DNA of 64,000 nucleotides, taken from the NCBI GenBank assembly GCA_951406725.2, contig OX597826.1, forward strand, positions 20,336,001-20,400,000, read 5' to 3'. This stretch comes from Octopus vulgaris (Eukaryota). This document shows positions 24,547 to 36,721 of the stretch, in pieces (position 1 is the stretch's first letter; each line of letters begins with the position of its first letter). A program made the position numbers and the translations under genes. The notes below the pieces were generated by a model that was not told the DNA's origin, ran no database searches, and saw only the letters and a program-made list of their open reading frames with translations.

Positions 24547-25499
24547 CACACATACATGCACGCGCACGCACGGGGACACGTGTATGAAGGAAGAGGTTTG
24601 TAATAGAGCTTAGTCAGTTAATAATGAGTAATAAATAATCAACAATGCACTTCGGATGAAGTTGGTATTGGTAATTTTCCTTAATTCGCGATGGGAATAA
24701 AACCAAAATATGAAGAGAATGGTCCTTCTTCAAGAAGAGACTATATATATGTATACACACACACACACACTTAGACACAATACACCCGAGATGCAAATCA
24801 AAATGCATCTAGATGCACATGTGGTGCAGTTTAATGCAAGTGAACAACAATGGAAAGCAGTGTTGTGAGTGACGTATTAATTCTATATTCAAGAACATAA
24901 ATATATACACAATTATAATGCACACCTACAAAAAGACGGACAGAATAATAAAAAACAATAAAGCTAATTGTGGGTGTAATGTGCTTGGGACTATGATAGA
25001 ACTTTTTAAATTTACGAGGTGAAAATCACTGGTTGCTTGTAGGACCGTAACGAACACATAATGGCTTCTTCACCACACATACACAATATATATGAATGAG
25101 AGAGAAAGGACACCGCTTATTGCGATCATTTTAGGATACAATGATAGAGAACAAAACAGGTAATATCTTAAAGCAGATAATATATCTTTAGTATGTTTGG
25201 GATACACATTCTGATAATGTTGGTCTACGATTACAAGAGACTTCCACTAAAATACACACACACACACATTATATATATATAGACAGACCGGTGATGAGGT
25301 GCAACTAGTGGTTAAGAAGTAGGACGAGGTGTAGTTAAAAGGCGGTGAAATATGAAAATATAATTATGAATTAAATCGATTACTACTTTGGTGGAGAGTG
25401 AAAACATTTTAGAAATTTATATTCAATATTTTGGAAAAAACAAAGAAAGCCTTGTTTTTCTTCGTGTGAATGTTTTATACACATAAATATCGAAAAACA

Positions 25500-26200
25500 G
25501 AGAACACGATGGCTTCTAGTGGTTTAAAATGTTTCAAGTTACACGTCGAAAAAAAGTGGAATATTTTGGACTATAATAAGTCAGTTGTAAGAGAAATGTT
25601 TGGGTCTTTATAGACAAAAATGACGGGAAAATTAAAACAATAAATTCTTAAAATATGTAAAACAATAATATATTTAAAAGAAGAGGCATTCGTTAAATGG
25701 TTAACTAGTAGAAAAGTGATAATTGTTGGGTCTAGGAAGTTTGAAATGACAGTTTTCAAAATTAAATGTTCTATATCAAAAAAGGTTCTTTTTTCTTCAT
25801 CCCTCATTCATTTAAATAAGACTAAAATCCAAAGTGATTATTAAATCATTCATCAGAAAACTAGTAAAACATATTTATATAGTTATTGTAAAATATATAT
25901 ATATAGGTATTTAGTTTCTGTGAATGAAAGTGATTTCAATAAGATATCTCACGTTTCAATTTATACTCAGATGAACAAGACAGCCTGGGTTATGATACTA
26001 ATCAAAGCGAATGTTTTTCGTCAATAAACTAAGCCTGATGCTACATTAATTTCTTACAAATCAGCATTATATATAATACATACACACCTCTAAAGGGGGG
26101 AACTAGGCCATTACCTTGTATCTAGACCATTCTAAATGTGTAACCATCACAAGACAATATATTAACAGACTAAATTAAAATGTCTGTTCAATTTATTCTG
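25500..26200 (+). pseudogene. Possible heavily decayed L1/Tx1-like ORF1 relic
   Basis: A-rich broken reading frames (FVKWLTSRKVII..KKVLFSS..RYLVSVNESDFNKI) ending in a GxRP..C..H..C-like trace. Pattern recognition only. Confidence 0.25.
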
Positions 26201-27649
26201 TTAGAAAAACTTGTAATGTGTAAAATATCAATTAAAATTACAATTTAAACATAGTTAAAAGGTTAACATCTTTACAAAATAACATGTCAGTGAGAAAGGG
26301 TTTTTAAAAAGATTACAAGGTACATTAGTTACGTTACAGTTAATGAAAAATATAACAATCAAAATATTAACCTGAGTAATTAGGCAATTAAATTGATAAA
26401 TGAATAAAAGAAACTGATTTATAAAAGTGAAAGAAGGAATTTATGGCTGGGGCGAGAAAAGAAAGGAGAGAAAGCGGTTTGAAGTGAATTGAGAGGAATT
26501 GATGAGTAAAATTATTGATTGAGTTTAATTTGGAGAGAGTTCTTACTTACATTTAGAGTCTTTTTATAAAAAAAATATTCAGAGGAGATAAAAACTAATG
26601 TTTCAGCAAAGTAAAGAAATATTTTAAATTTGTAGAAATGTTGTATTTTGTGTTTTTTGAGGAGAAAATAATTTTAATGTGGTTCAGACATTGTAACAGT
26701 GGAAACACAGAAGAGTTACACATTTAGAGAGAGAGAAAGACTACAACTCTATCGCTTAACTCACTTATCTCCCTTTGTTAGACTCGCCTTAGGCGGAAGC
26801 GGTGTTTGAGTCACCGGTAAAGTTCCTTCTGGTATTTTATTCCGGCTGTTAGCACGTTCAAGCACATGGTTCCAGTTTCAATCCCACTGCGTTACCTTCG
26901 GTCATCCCAAACGTTGTGAGTGGATTTGGCAGACGAAAATTGAAAGAAGCCCGTTATGTGTGTGTGTGTGTGTGCGCGTGCGTACGTGCGTGTGTGGATG
27001 TTTTAGTGTTTGTCCTTCACTTGACAACTGGTGTGGGTTTGTTTACGTCCCCTTGGCGGTTTGGCAAAAGGTACAAGCAGGATAAGCTCCAGGTTTAAAA
27101 AATAAATTCTAGCATCGATTCGTTCGAGGCGGTACCTCAGCATGGCCGCAGTCAATGAGTGAAATAAAAAAGACTAAAGCTGATTTTATGAGTGAAAGGA
27201 AACTGTGGCTGATTATGGCACTCTGCAACCTCCTGAATAAACCTCAATGATACAACAAACTCAATAGTAAATTCAATACCACAAATAAATCATTTTCACT
27301 GGGACGTTGATTCTGAGTAAATTCGTGGTTCTTTTAAGCGTTTCGGTTTGGCCTCATTCAACCATTTCTTCGATAGATAAAGGTATACTTTCAATTTCAC
27401 AAAAAAAAAAAAAAGATTAGTTTCAGTTTTTGAACGACTTTTAACGGTTTGTGATTTTCTTTCACTTATAAAAACAGGATCACATGCGGTCGTGTTGGGT
27501 AGGGAATACAATCGCACGCGGTCCCATTCTTAATGAGTTATTACAAGCCATAAATATATGCAGTAACAATAGAACATAGTGGATTGACAAGTCTTCTGTT
27601 TGAGAGATAATTATTACTTTATTTACAACCGTGTTGATGTTGGGAGTTT

Positions 27650-29060
27650 GTAAACGTTAGCACGTACGTGCGCATGCAACACGTGTTTGTGTCTGTGTGT
27701 TCGTGTGTGTGACAGAACAATCAGGGTGAATGCGGTTGACATAGAAAAGTACCTGATGGTGGAGGCGGCGAAGATAGTAGGCTTTCTATGTTGAGTGTAC
27801 ATTAACGTCGTAGCTAGTTGTAGCAGGAACAATCGTATATCATTTGGTTGAGCAGCGCTGTCTCTGAAGCCAGTTCTTACAAGAACTAAAACTAAAGACA
27901 GGTAATTGATTTACTGTTTATGAGGTACACGAAATGTTAGAGTTCAATATCAAGATGTTGTGTCTCGGAGCTGAGATTAGTTGAATCACTTGTTGTGTTT
28001 ATCTTTCTCTTGATATGGATATTCTTTCAGATATATTTACTGTAGCCGTTTTCCGGTGGTGAGATTTTCACCTAACCGCTTGAGTTGAATCTGTAGTTAT
28101 CTTGTGTACAAGTTAAATCTTCGTAGATAGAGACGATGTTGGCGATGACGTCGTGTCTGTCGCTTGGTTTTTGCAGCGTCTTCATTATATGTTCTGCTTG
28201 GTTATTTTTCTCTTGATATAGATATTCTGCAACTGTTTTTCCGTGGTGAGATTTTCACACTAACAGTATGAGTTGAATCTGTAGCTATCTTATGTACAAG
28301 CTAAATCTTCGTAGGTAGAGACGATGTTGGCGATGCCGTTATGTCTGGTTTCTATAACGTCTTCATATTATGTTTTGCTTGTGGTCGCCTGCCTTTCGGA
28401 CTGGAACATGGTTGAGTATGCTCTGTGTGGTCAGAGGTTTAGTCCTCACAAGGACTAGAACCAAAGACGAAAGGTGTCTGAAAACACTCCTTTATATACC
28501 GTTTGGGTGGCTCAAACGAACTTCAGAAATGGAATCTTAACCAATGGCCGTGATTGGCTGTTTCGGGACAGTGGCGCGAAAATAAGTGGAGACAAATCGC
28601 GTCACGTGTCAACCAATCAGGTTAGTGGACACAACAACGTTAAACTAGCCAAAGATGTTTGTAATCTCAAACGAGATCATTCTTAATATTTTTCTCAAAC
28701 AGTGAAGATAGCAATGAAGAAAACAATATTGCTACACACTCATTCGTGTAATTTCATTTCCCGTTCTTCTCTGTCATTATATATTCATAAAACGAAAGAT
28801 TACGGATCTTTTCCTTTCGAAGGCCATGTAGTGACGCTATACAGCGGCGCGCGCGCGCACCGTCCATTTTCTATTTCGCGCGTGTTGGTGCCTTTCACCA
28901 AGGCAGAGAGAGGAAGGGCCCTCTCGCGCATGCGCGAAGCACCGGAAGAAGAACCCTTTTGCCTACGTGGCAGTTAGCCGAGGCAAGGGGATCGTAGAAC
29001 GTTTGACCACTAGCAGCAGTCAGCAGCGACTTGAGACATGGCTATCGAAGGTACAACACG
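27650..29060. promoter_or_regulatory. CpG-rich promoter cluster; probable TMEM33 promoter, possibly bidirectional
   Basis: Minus-strand TATATAAA at 28491-28498. CCAAT boxes at 28541, 28553 (reverse) and 28613. E2F-like tggcgcgaaaa at 28572, CACGTG at 28603, NRF1-type gcgcatgcgc near 28926, ETS-type ccggaag near 28942. Candidate donors at 27753 (minus) and 27901 (plus). Confidence 0.65.
27998..28381. repeat. Diverged two-copy tandem duplication, unit about 180-200 bp
   Basis: Shared ttctcttgatat.gatattct, gtggtgagattttcac, tgagttgaatctgtag.tatctt.tgtacaag.taaatcttcgtag.tagagacgatgttggcgatg. Confidence 0.9.
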
Positions 29061-29421
29061 TATATTCTCTCTGTCCGAATTTGATTCTAGCAGCAGCCTT
29101 TACCGAAAGCTTTTAACCAAATTGTTGCAGACTACATCATCTTCCTTTCTCCGGACGCCATCTTTGACAAGTGTCGTTTTGCATTTGAACACTTTCTTAT
29201 TTTACAGCGATAAGGTTCAGCTGAGACACATCTATACCAAAGGGATGCCAGATACACCAATTATCTGTTACCACATAAGAGAATAAAGTAGATATATATT
29301 ATTTACGTTTGCGTCTTGTTTGTTTCTGACGGGTAGAATTCTGGATTATTAAAGCAACGGAAAGTGATTGCACCAACTTGCACCCCAAACGTGCAAGAGG
29401 AGATATTCACATTTCGTTACA

Positions 29422-30099
29422 GCCAGATTTCAACACAATTTCTAGTTAACTAAACACTTTTAAACTTCGTATACTGGTAGAATGTGTTTATAAAACATCA
29501 TGGATGGATTTTTTTCTTGGCTTTATTGAGAAAATTCTATATGTTGTAAGATATTTCGTCTGAAAATCCGAGCATTTCGGCAATTTTAACCAATCGATTA
29601 CCTCCATTTAGGTAAACAACATTTGCTGCGTCTAAAACTGAGACAACATCCTGTAACTAACCCTAATTTCATTTTCTTAATTGTTAAATTAATTTAATTG
29701 TTACGCGTGTAAAAAAACCCGAAAGCAATGGAAGGTGATTTAAACAATTAACAATCAAAATAATTCTATAATTTTATACACACGCTTTCCGTGGGTTTTT
29801 TTACACGCGTAACAATTAAATTAATTTAACCATTAAGAAAAAAAAAATTAGGGTTAGGGTTAGTTACAGGATGTTGTCTCAGTTTTAGACGCAGCAAATG
29901 ATTTTAGCTCAAAAGAGAGCATAGGATTGGTTAAAATTCGAAAAATTTAACTACGTTAAACAAACAAATTACAATTTTCTCAAGAAAGCTAAGAGAAAAA
30001 AATGTTTTATTTTGACACATTCTACCAGTATACGAAGTTTTAAAGTGTTTAGTTAACTAGAAATTGTGTTGAAATATGGCCTTCAAAAGGAAAAGATCC
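29422..30099. mobile_element. Second foldback MITE of the 23532 family, left terminal ~18 bp lost
   Basis: Inverted arms, ends aaaaggaaaagatcc, internal ttagggttagggttag. Confidence 0.88.
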
Positions 30100-30953
30100 A
30101 AGATTACCCCACACTCTGCTTATCGTACCATCGGGGTCAGTCAATAAAGTGCCAGTTAAATTTTTCCTTTATTTGGATCAACTTCATTGTGCTGTGAGAA
30201 GGGGCTGATCTTGAAGACTATCCAAAGCACCATTTTCTCCAGAAATGAAAAGGTTATAATGTAAGGTCGACAAATTTTCGTTAGAAAGCTAATACGTTGT
30301 TGTAATACATTGTTGTACCTGGAACCGTCCAAGGACACACGACACCGATTTTTCCAGAAAAGACAGCGAAATATGAAATATAATTATAAAACTTGCCCTC
30401 TTCTGATACTAGAGTTTATATTTCAATGGAATTAATTGTGGACTGATGCGGAGTATAGACGGAAAACTTCTATACATTAAGAGATTTTAAAGTACGGTAT
30501 TACATCCATCTAAACATTCTGATTTACTCCAGTCTATGTCAAGGGTTTATTTAAGTTATTTCACTTAGATTTTTTTGTTACTCTCATTATGTGAATCACT
30601 ACTCATAATACTCATCAGAAACTATTTTTTCTTTATGAACCAATGCATTTTTATTTATCACTGCTTCGCTAATGAGGTCCAATAAACCTGGAACGTGTCT
30701 GTTACTCTCATCATTCCCACCAACAATTAAGATTTTTTTCAAATTTATTCTTAATTGAAATTATCTTGTCTTTTCTTTGTGAATCATTAACGAATGGCTG
30801 CGTAGTAAGAAGCTTACTTCCCAACCACATGGTTTGGAGTTTAGTTCCACTGCGTGGCACCTTGGACGACTGTCTTCTACTATAGCTTCGGGCCGACCAA
30901 AGAATTGTGAATGGATTTGGTGGAAAGAAACTGAAAGAAGCCCATCGTATATA

Positions 30954-31115
<162 letters not shown>

Positions 31116-31676
31116 CATGTATGTATGTATGTATTTGTGTGTCTGTGTTTGTCCCGCCACCATCGCTTGACAACCGATGTTGGTGTGTTTACGCCCCCAT
31201 AACTTAGCGTATCGGCAAAAGTGACTGATATAATAAGTACTAGGTTTACAAAGAATAAGTCCTGGGGGTCGATTTCTTCGATTAAAGGCAGTGCTCCAGC
31301 ATGGCCGCAGTGAAATGTTTGAAACCAGTAAAAGAATAAAAGAACGAGTCTAGATTTTTGTTTCTCCAATTAAAAGGAAAATTTCCGTTGCTTAACATTC
31401 TATGCAGCCGTTCTTTATTTCAGTCCACGCCATTCGACCGAGACAAAGTCTAATCATAAAAGCCATTCTCAGTGAAATGATCTTAATCTTGAGATGAATC
31501 TTAGTGAAGATGGTAGAATGGTTAGCAGCATTTCGCCCGTCTCTACTTTATGAGTTCAAATTCCACCGAGGACGACTTTTATCTTTCGATGTCGATAGAA
31601 TAAGTACCAGTTGAGTATTGAGGTCAATCTAATCGCTTTATCCCCGGAGTTGCTGGCCTTGTGACAAAACGTGAAA

Positions 31677-31910
31677 CTAATATTAGTCATAGTCTTAATA
31701 TTAGTCTTGATCTTAATGCTAGTCTTAGTCTTAAGGTCAATCTCAGTCTTAATGTTAGTCTCAATGTTAATCTTAGTCTTGGTCTCAATGTTAGTCATGG
31801 TTTTAATGTTAAACTTGGTCTTAATGTTAGTCTTAGTTTCAATGTTAGTCTCGGTCTTAATGTTAGTCTTACTCTTAATGTTAGAGCTGGTCTTAATACT
31901 GGTCTTAAGT
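31677..31910. repeat. Minisatellite with 6/18-bp period (aatgttagtcttagtctt) at the tail of a SINE
   Basis: Direct reading; begins at the gaaactaatatt tail of the SINE at about 31500-31680. Confidence 0.85.
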
Positions 31911-32296
31911 AAGAGGGAGGATGCTTTAGGCCGACGTACATTTGATTGTGTCTGCTTCAGCAGGAATCGGCCTGGGGCTAAACAACAACAACAACGTGAA
32001 CTAAAGGTATTCTGGATTGGCCAAAAAATCTGGGTCAGTTGATACGAGGGTGGCGCTGTTGGGGGAGATATACTGACATTTAAAAAAAGTCTGTCTTTGA
32101 AGAGAGAGTAATAGAGTAACCGTTACGCACATTACACCCCTCCCCACCTTCAGACGCATCCTTTTTTACTACTTGTTTCTCATGCAGCTGGGGTCCCTGA
32201 GTATCCGCTCAACCCGTTATTCTTTTATCTTATCACACCACTTACTGTTTAAACACCAAATTCCTCCTTTTCTCTTTCACGTTCTGTGTGTATGTT

Positions 32297-32334
<38 letters not shown>

Positions 32335-32376
32335 TGTATGTATAATATGCCCATGCATATATGCACATAAATTATA

Positions 32377-32442
<66 letters not shown>

Positions 32443-32445
32443 TAT

Positions 32446-32659
32446 AAAGTTAATCCAAACATGAAAACACAAAGAGAAAACACAACAACGCGAGGACGTG
32501 GAACAAGTATAGTATTATTGGACGCTCAGGAAAGGAAAGAAAGAAAGAGGGATTTAACGTTACGAGCGGAGCTCTTCGTCAGAAACATAGGAAAAGGAAA
32601 GATCCAAGGAAGGGAAGATGGAGAAAAAATATCGCCAACGATACTCACGCGGTCACATT

Positions 32660-32730
<71 letters not shown>

Positions 32731-32830
32731 CTCCTTCTTCCCTTCTTTCCTGAGCGTCCAATAATACTTTATTTGTTCCACGTCCTCGCGTTGTTGTGTT
32801 TTTTTGTGTTTTCTTGTTTGGATTAACTTT
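32446..32830. mobile_element. Penelope-pLTR-like module (minus, 32446-32660) plus an inverted partial copy (32729-32830) across (TA)n
   Basis: aaagttaatccaaac..gacgtggaaca..tattattggacgctcaggaaag is mirrored on the other side. Mutated hammerhead core CTGACGA..GTAACGTT at 32552-32586 (minus). Confidence 0.7.
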
Positions 32831-33111
32831 AACTACATATATATATACATATATACATACGTATATACATAGAGGCTGATTTCTCGTATACGAGCAAATG
32901 TCATTGCCAGAAAGAATCAATGAAATGAGTCATTGATGAGGCAATGCGAGGCCCTTTATGACCCTTGGGCCCTCCTAAGATTTGCACATTTTGTTGCATA
33001 ATGCTCAGCTGTGTTGGCTGATAGAAGGGACAGGTGCCACAGTTTGAACTCTTTCGGCATGCCTTTTTAATCTTCCAACTGAGAGGTACACCTCTTTCCA
33101 CATGTTGCACA

Positions 33112-33189
<78 letters not shown>

Positions 33190-33249
33190 GAGAGAGAGAG
33201 GCAATTATGCAGATGAACAAATTAGATATATTAAATATAATATAATTAT

Positions 33250-33457
33250 ATCAGTGGACTAGTCGCCATGATAGATCGTTAGCCACTACACACATTTTTT
33301 TCCTCTCCTGGTTTCTTTTTCTGTGTCCTTTTCTGTAGAAGAGCGTAGGCTCGAAACGTAAAAGACTTTTTCAATTCCTGAGCGTTATATTAATACATCT
33401 GTTTGTTTTGTACACCACCTGTCTTCGTTTTTTGTTTTTTTTTCGTGAACTCCCCCT
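33250..33457 (+). mobile_element. Penelope-pLTR-like module with a hammerhead-variant core (homologues at 12270-12430 +, 49995-50175 -, 56430-56615 -)
   Basis: ttttCTGTAGAagagcgtaggctcGAAAcgTAaaag at 33328-33365, followed by a T-rich tail running into (TA)/(CA)n. Confidence 0.7.
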
Positions 33458-33459
33458 AT

Positions 33460-33491
<32 letters not shown>

Positions 33492-33701
33492 GTATATATA
33501 TATATATCCATACACGGGATTTTTTCAGTGAGCAGGTCACGGTCTCAAAGCTACGAAAATATTTTGGCAAATTAAATTTAAATGTTGAAGTGAATCTAAC
33601 GGTTTTGTGTGTTTCTTAAATGGCTTTTTAAGACCTTCCACGCTGCAATTGTTTTTGTTCCAGCACACGATCAGGTCACTTGCTATGCAAGTACATCTCC
33701 G

Positions 33702-33821
<120 letters not shown>

Positions 33822-33949
33822 TATATATCTTTTAATGGTTAACATTCTTAATATAGTAAATCACAATTACAGCAAAAATTATAGGGAAGATCATCTTTAA
33901 TGATTTTCTTCAAACCGAAATATGTCTCAAAACGTTGTTCCAGGAAGTT

Positions 33950-34330
33950 CCATCCTCATTATTTTGCAGATCATCCAATTCGTTGTGTAATCTTCGTCCT
34001 TTCTTCGTCGGTGTGGAAGTCTTCATAATATAACATCTGATATGGTCTGGTGTTCATCATGATAGCAGTGGCCAGTAGAGTCTGCTCTGTGCTGAGTAAT
34101 CACGATAGTGGTGAGTGGAACGCGTCCACAAATCTCTTTTGTCTTGTATTCACTCCTCCAGATATTTTGAGGCCTCGCAAGAAGCTTGCTATATGTATCA
34201 TCATGGCAATCTTGCAGCTTAATCTTCGTAGTCCAGATCTCAGCTCCACAGAGAAGAATTCTCTCTACACATGCTATGAAGAAGACCAAAGACCAGACTT
34301 GTTGGCTTTGAAATGCCAGACGTTAATGAT
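33950..34330 (-). mobile_element. Old RTE/RTE-X LINE C-terminal fragment
   Basis: FF.ACVE.ILL.GAE.WT..D.TY..LL..GHC..E.Q.ISDVIL motifs. Confidence 0.7.
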
Positions 34331-34575
34331 AATTCTTTTTTAATCATAAGGGAGGCAACTCAGAAAGGACTAAAAATCACATGCTGAGGCGAATAAGTTA
34401 AAGATTTATTTTGAGTTACCCCAGGTTTATTAATAATTCATTATTCAGATTTTATGATAATCGATGTTTGTTTTCTTGTTTTTCTGCAAGCCTCTTTCTG
34501 GTATTCTAACGGCATGAATTATTAAAGCTAAGATGTCTATTTGTTGGATATCGACAAATTACAATCAACAATAAA

Positions 34576-34647
<72 letters not shown>

Positions 34648-34774
34648 ATGGTATCGACCAAACTATCGGATGTTACTATACATCGCTGGTCACAATGCGC
34701 TTCGCATCATTTTAGTTCTTAAATAATGTCCGTCCGCTGGCTTGGCAAGTAAGCCACCATTAATATAGACAAAT

Positions 34775-36655
34775 TCACAATTGGAACTTGAGAAAAGTCT
34801 TGCATATTTTTACTGTTCCACTCACGGATTACACTTGTAATGTATGGATTAACCGGTGGATTCCTCTTTCTGAAAATCTCAGTTTATCCAGATTCTCTTT
34901 AAGCATTTACTAACAAAACCCAGTGCTCCAATTATTATTGGTATGAATATGAATTCATAGTCTCGATATAGAAGCTGGAGGTTTCGAAGCAGTTGTCCAT
35001 AGACATCCTCTTTTACATTGATTTTCAAAGAGATATTTATATCTACAAGGCAGCTGACCTCTATGATGGCACATACCTTTGGCCCTCTGTCTCAAACAAC
35101 AATATCCGGCCTGTTATGTTTACATTTGACAGAAGCTTTGATGGGAATATTCCGCCAGTATTCCTTGAGTTGGTGTTTATGAATGTATTCCATAACAGAG
35201 GGATTTCTAAGTTTATTTCAAGACAGTTTCTTTTTGCGTATGGAATTGTAAATTGTTTTAGCAACAATATTGTGCCGCATAGGGAGGTAGCACCATGACG
35301 ACATTTTAGGACAGCTGCTAATCACATGCGTAATGTCTTCCACAGAAACATGACATAGCCTACACATACAGTTGTACCTTGGGATTATAAGAGCATCACT
35401 GTCTCTCTTGTTCACCAGGTACTTTGTGGCAATCTCCCGTTCCTGGATTGCAAATGAATAGCCTTCAAAGTGTGATGTAGTGGTCTTGTGTCCAAGAGAG
35501 GCTGCACTTTGTGTCAATTCTACTGTCTTCTTCAAGCTTTCGGGCAACATACCCATGCATGATCTTCTTTTTGTATGTTGAGTGCTTTCACTCCAGGTCT
35601 TCTCTGAGGTAAGGGAGCCCAGCTGTTTTGGGGCTGCATAGGCGATCATCAGGAAGAGAGTGTTTCTTGAGGAATTCACTGCCAAATCGTACAATGTTGC
35701 TCACTTCACTTTTCAGCACTGAAACTATATATTTATTTTTGTTGCTGTTGTTCAGCAAGTGCCACCTGAGTGAGACCATACGGCATTCGAAGGCCGTTTG
35801 CACTGATCTCAAGCCTCTGCCACCTTCATTTCTTCTTCGATAGAGCCTGTCAACATCACTGTTTCTGTGGAAGTTCCCAGTTGTTGTCAAGATTTTGCAG
35901 CTATCTATGGAGTGGATTTCTTCTACAGACCAATCAAGTATCCCAAATGTCGGGATTAGCACTGGTACTGCAAATGCATTGTGGGATATTGTTTTGTTGT
36001 AAGAGGAGAGTTCCGACTGCCATATTTTCCTAAGTCTGGTGTGACATTCTCGGGTCACTCTATCTTTATTGACAGTGCCTTCATATGATACATTTTCGTC
36101 TATGCCTAGGCACTTGTAATATTCTTTGTGTGGAATGGGGGAGATTGAGAGACCGTTGATGCACAGGTTTTGGGTTTACTCGTGTTATAACCAAATATGA
36201 ACATTTCTTTTGGCCAAATTCCATGCCTATATCAGCTGAAAATGTTGTTATTAATTTCAGTTGCTTTTTGGCATTGTTAACACTTTTAGCAGTAATCTTC
36301 AAGTCGTCTACAAAGAAATTATGAGTTGCATTGATATTTCTAGCAGTTGAAGATCCTAGCATGTAACCATTTGTTTTCTGCAGTAGGAACGATAATGGAT
36401 TCAGTGTCAAAATGAAAAGAATTACAGAATGACTTTCTCCCTTTGAAATGCCTATTCTATCAGAAACAATTATTCTGTTCTCGGTTGTGAGGGTAAGAAT
36501 TGTTGTCCATGTCTTTGTGAGTCTCTCTATAGCAGCAATTAAGGTAGTAGGTACTTTTGCCAGATTTAGGCACTTCAACAGCCATGAATGAGAGATAGAG
36601 TCGAATGCCTTCCTATAGTCAAGTCATACAGTCACAAGGTTTCTACGTTGTTTTC
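34775..36655 (-). mobile_element. 5'-truncated R4/Dong-type LINE (RT, CCHC, REL endonuclease), frameshifted
   Basis: HNFFVDDLK RT motif, GGRGL, AIQERE, CRLC..EDITHVISSC..RHN, KHNRPDIVV..EVSC..D..IPIIIGALG. Confidence 0.93.
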
Positions 36656-36721
36656 TTACAGCTGTATGTATGTATGTATGTATGTATGTATGTATGTATG
36701 TATGTATGTATGTATGTATGT

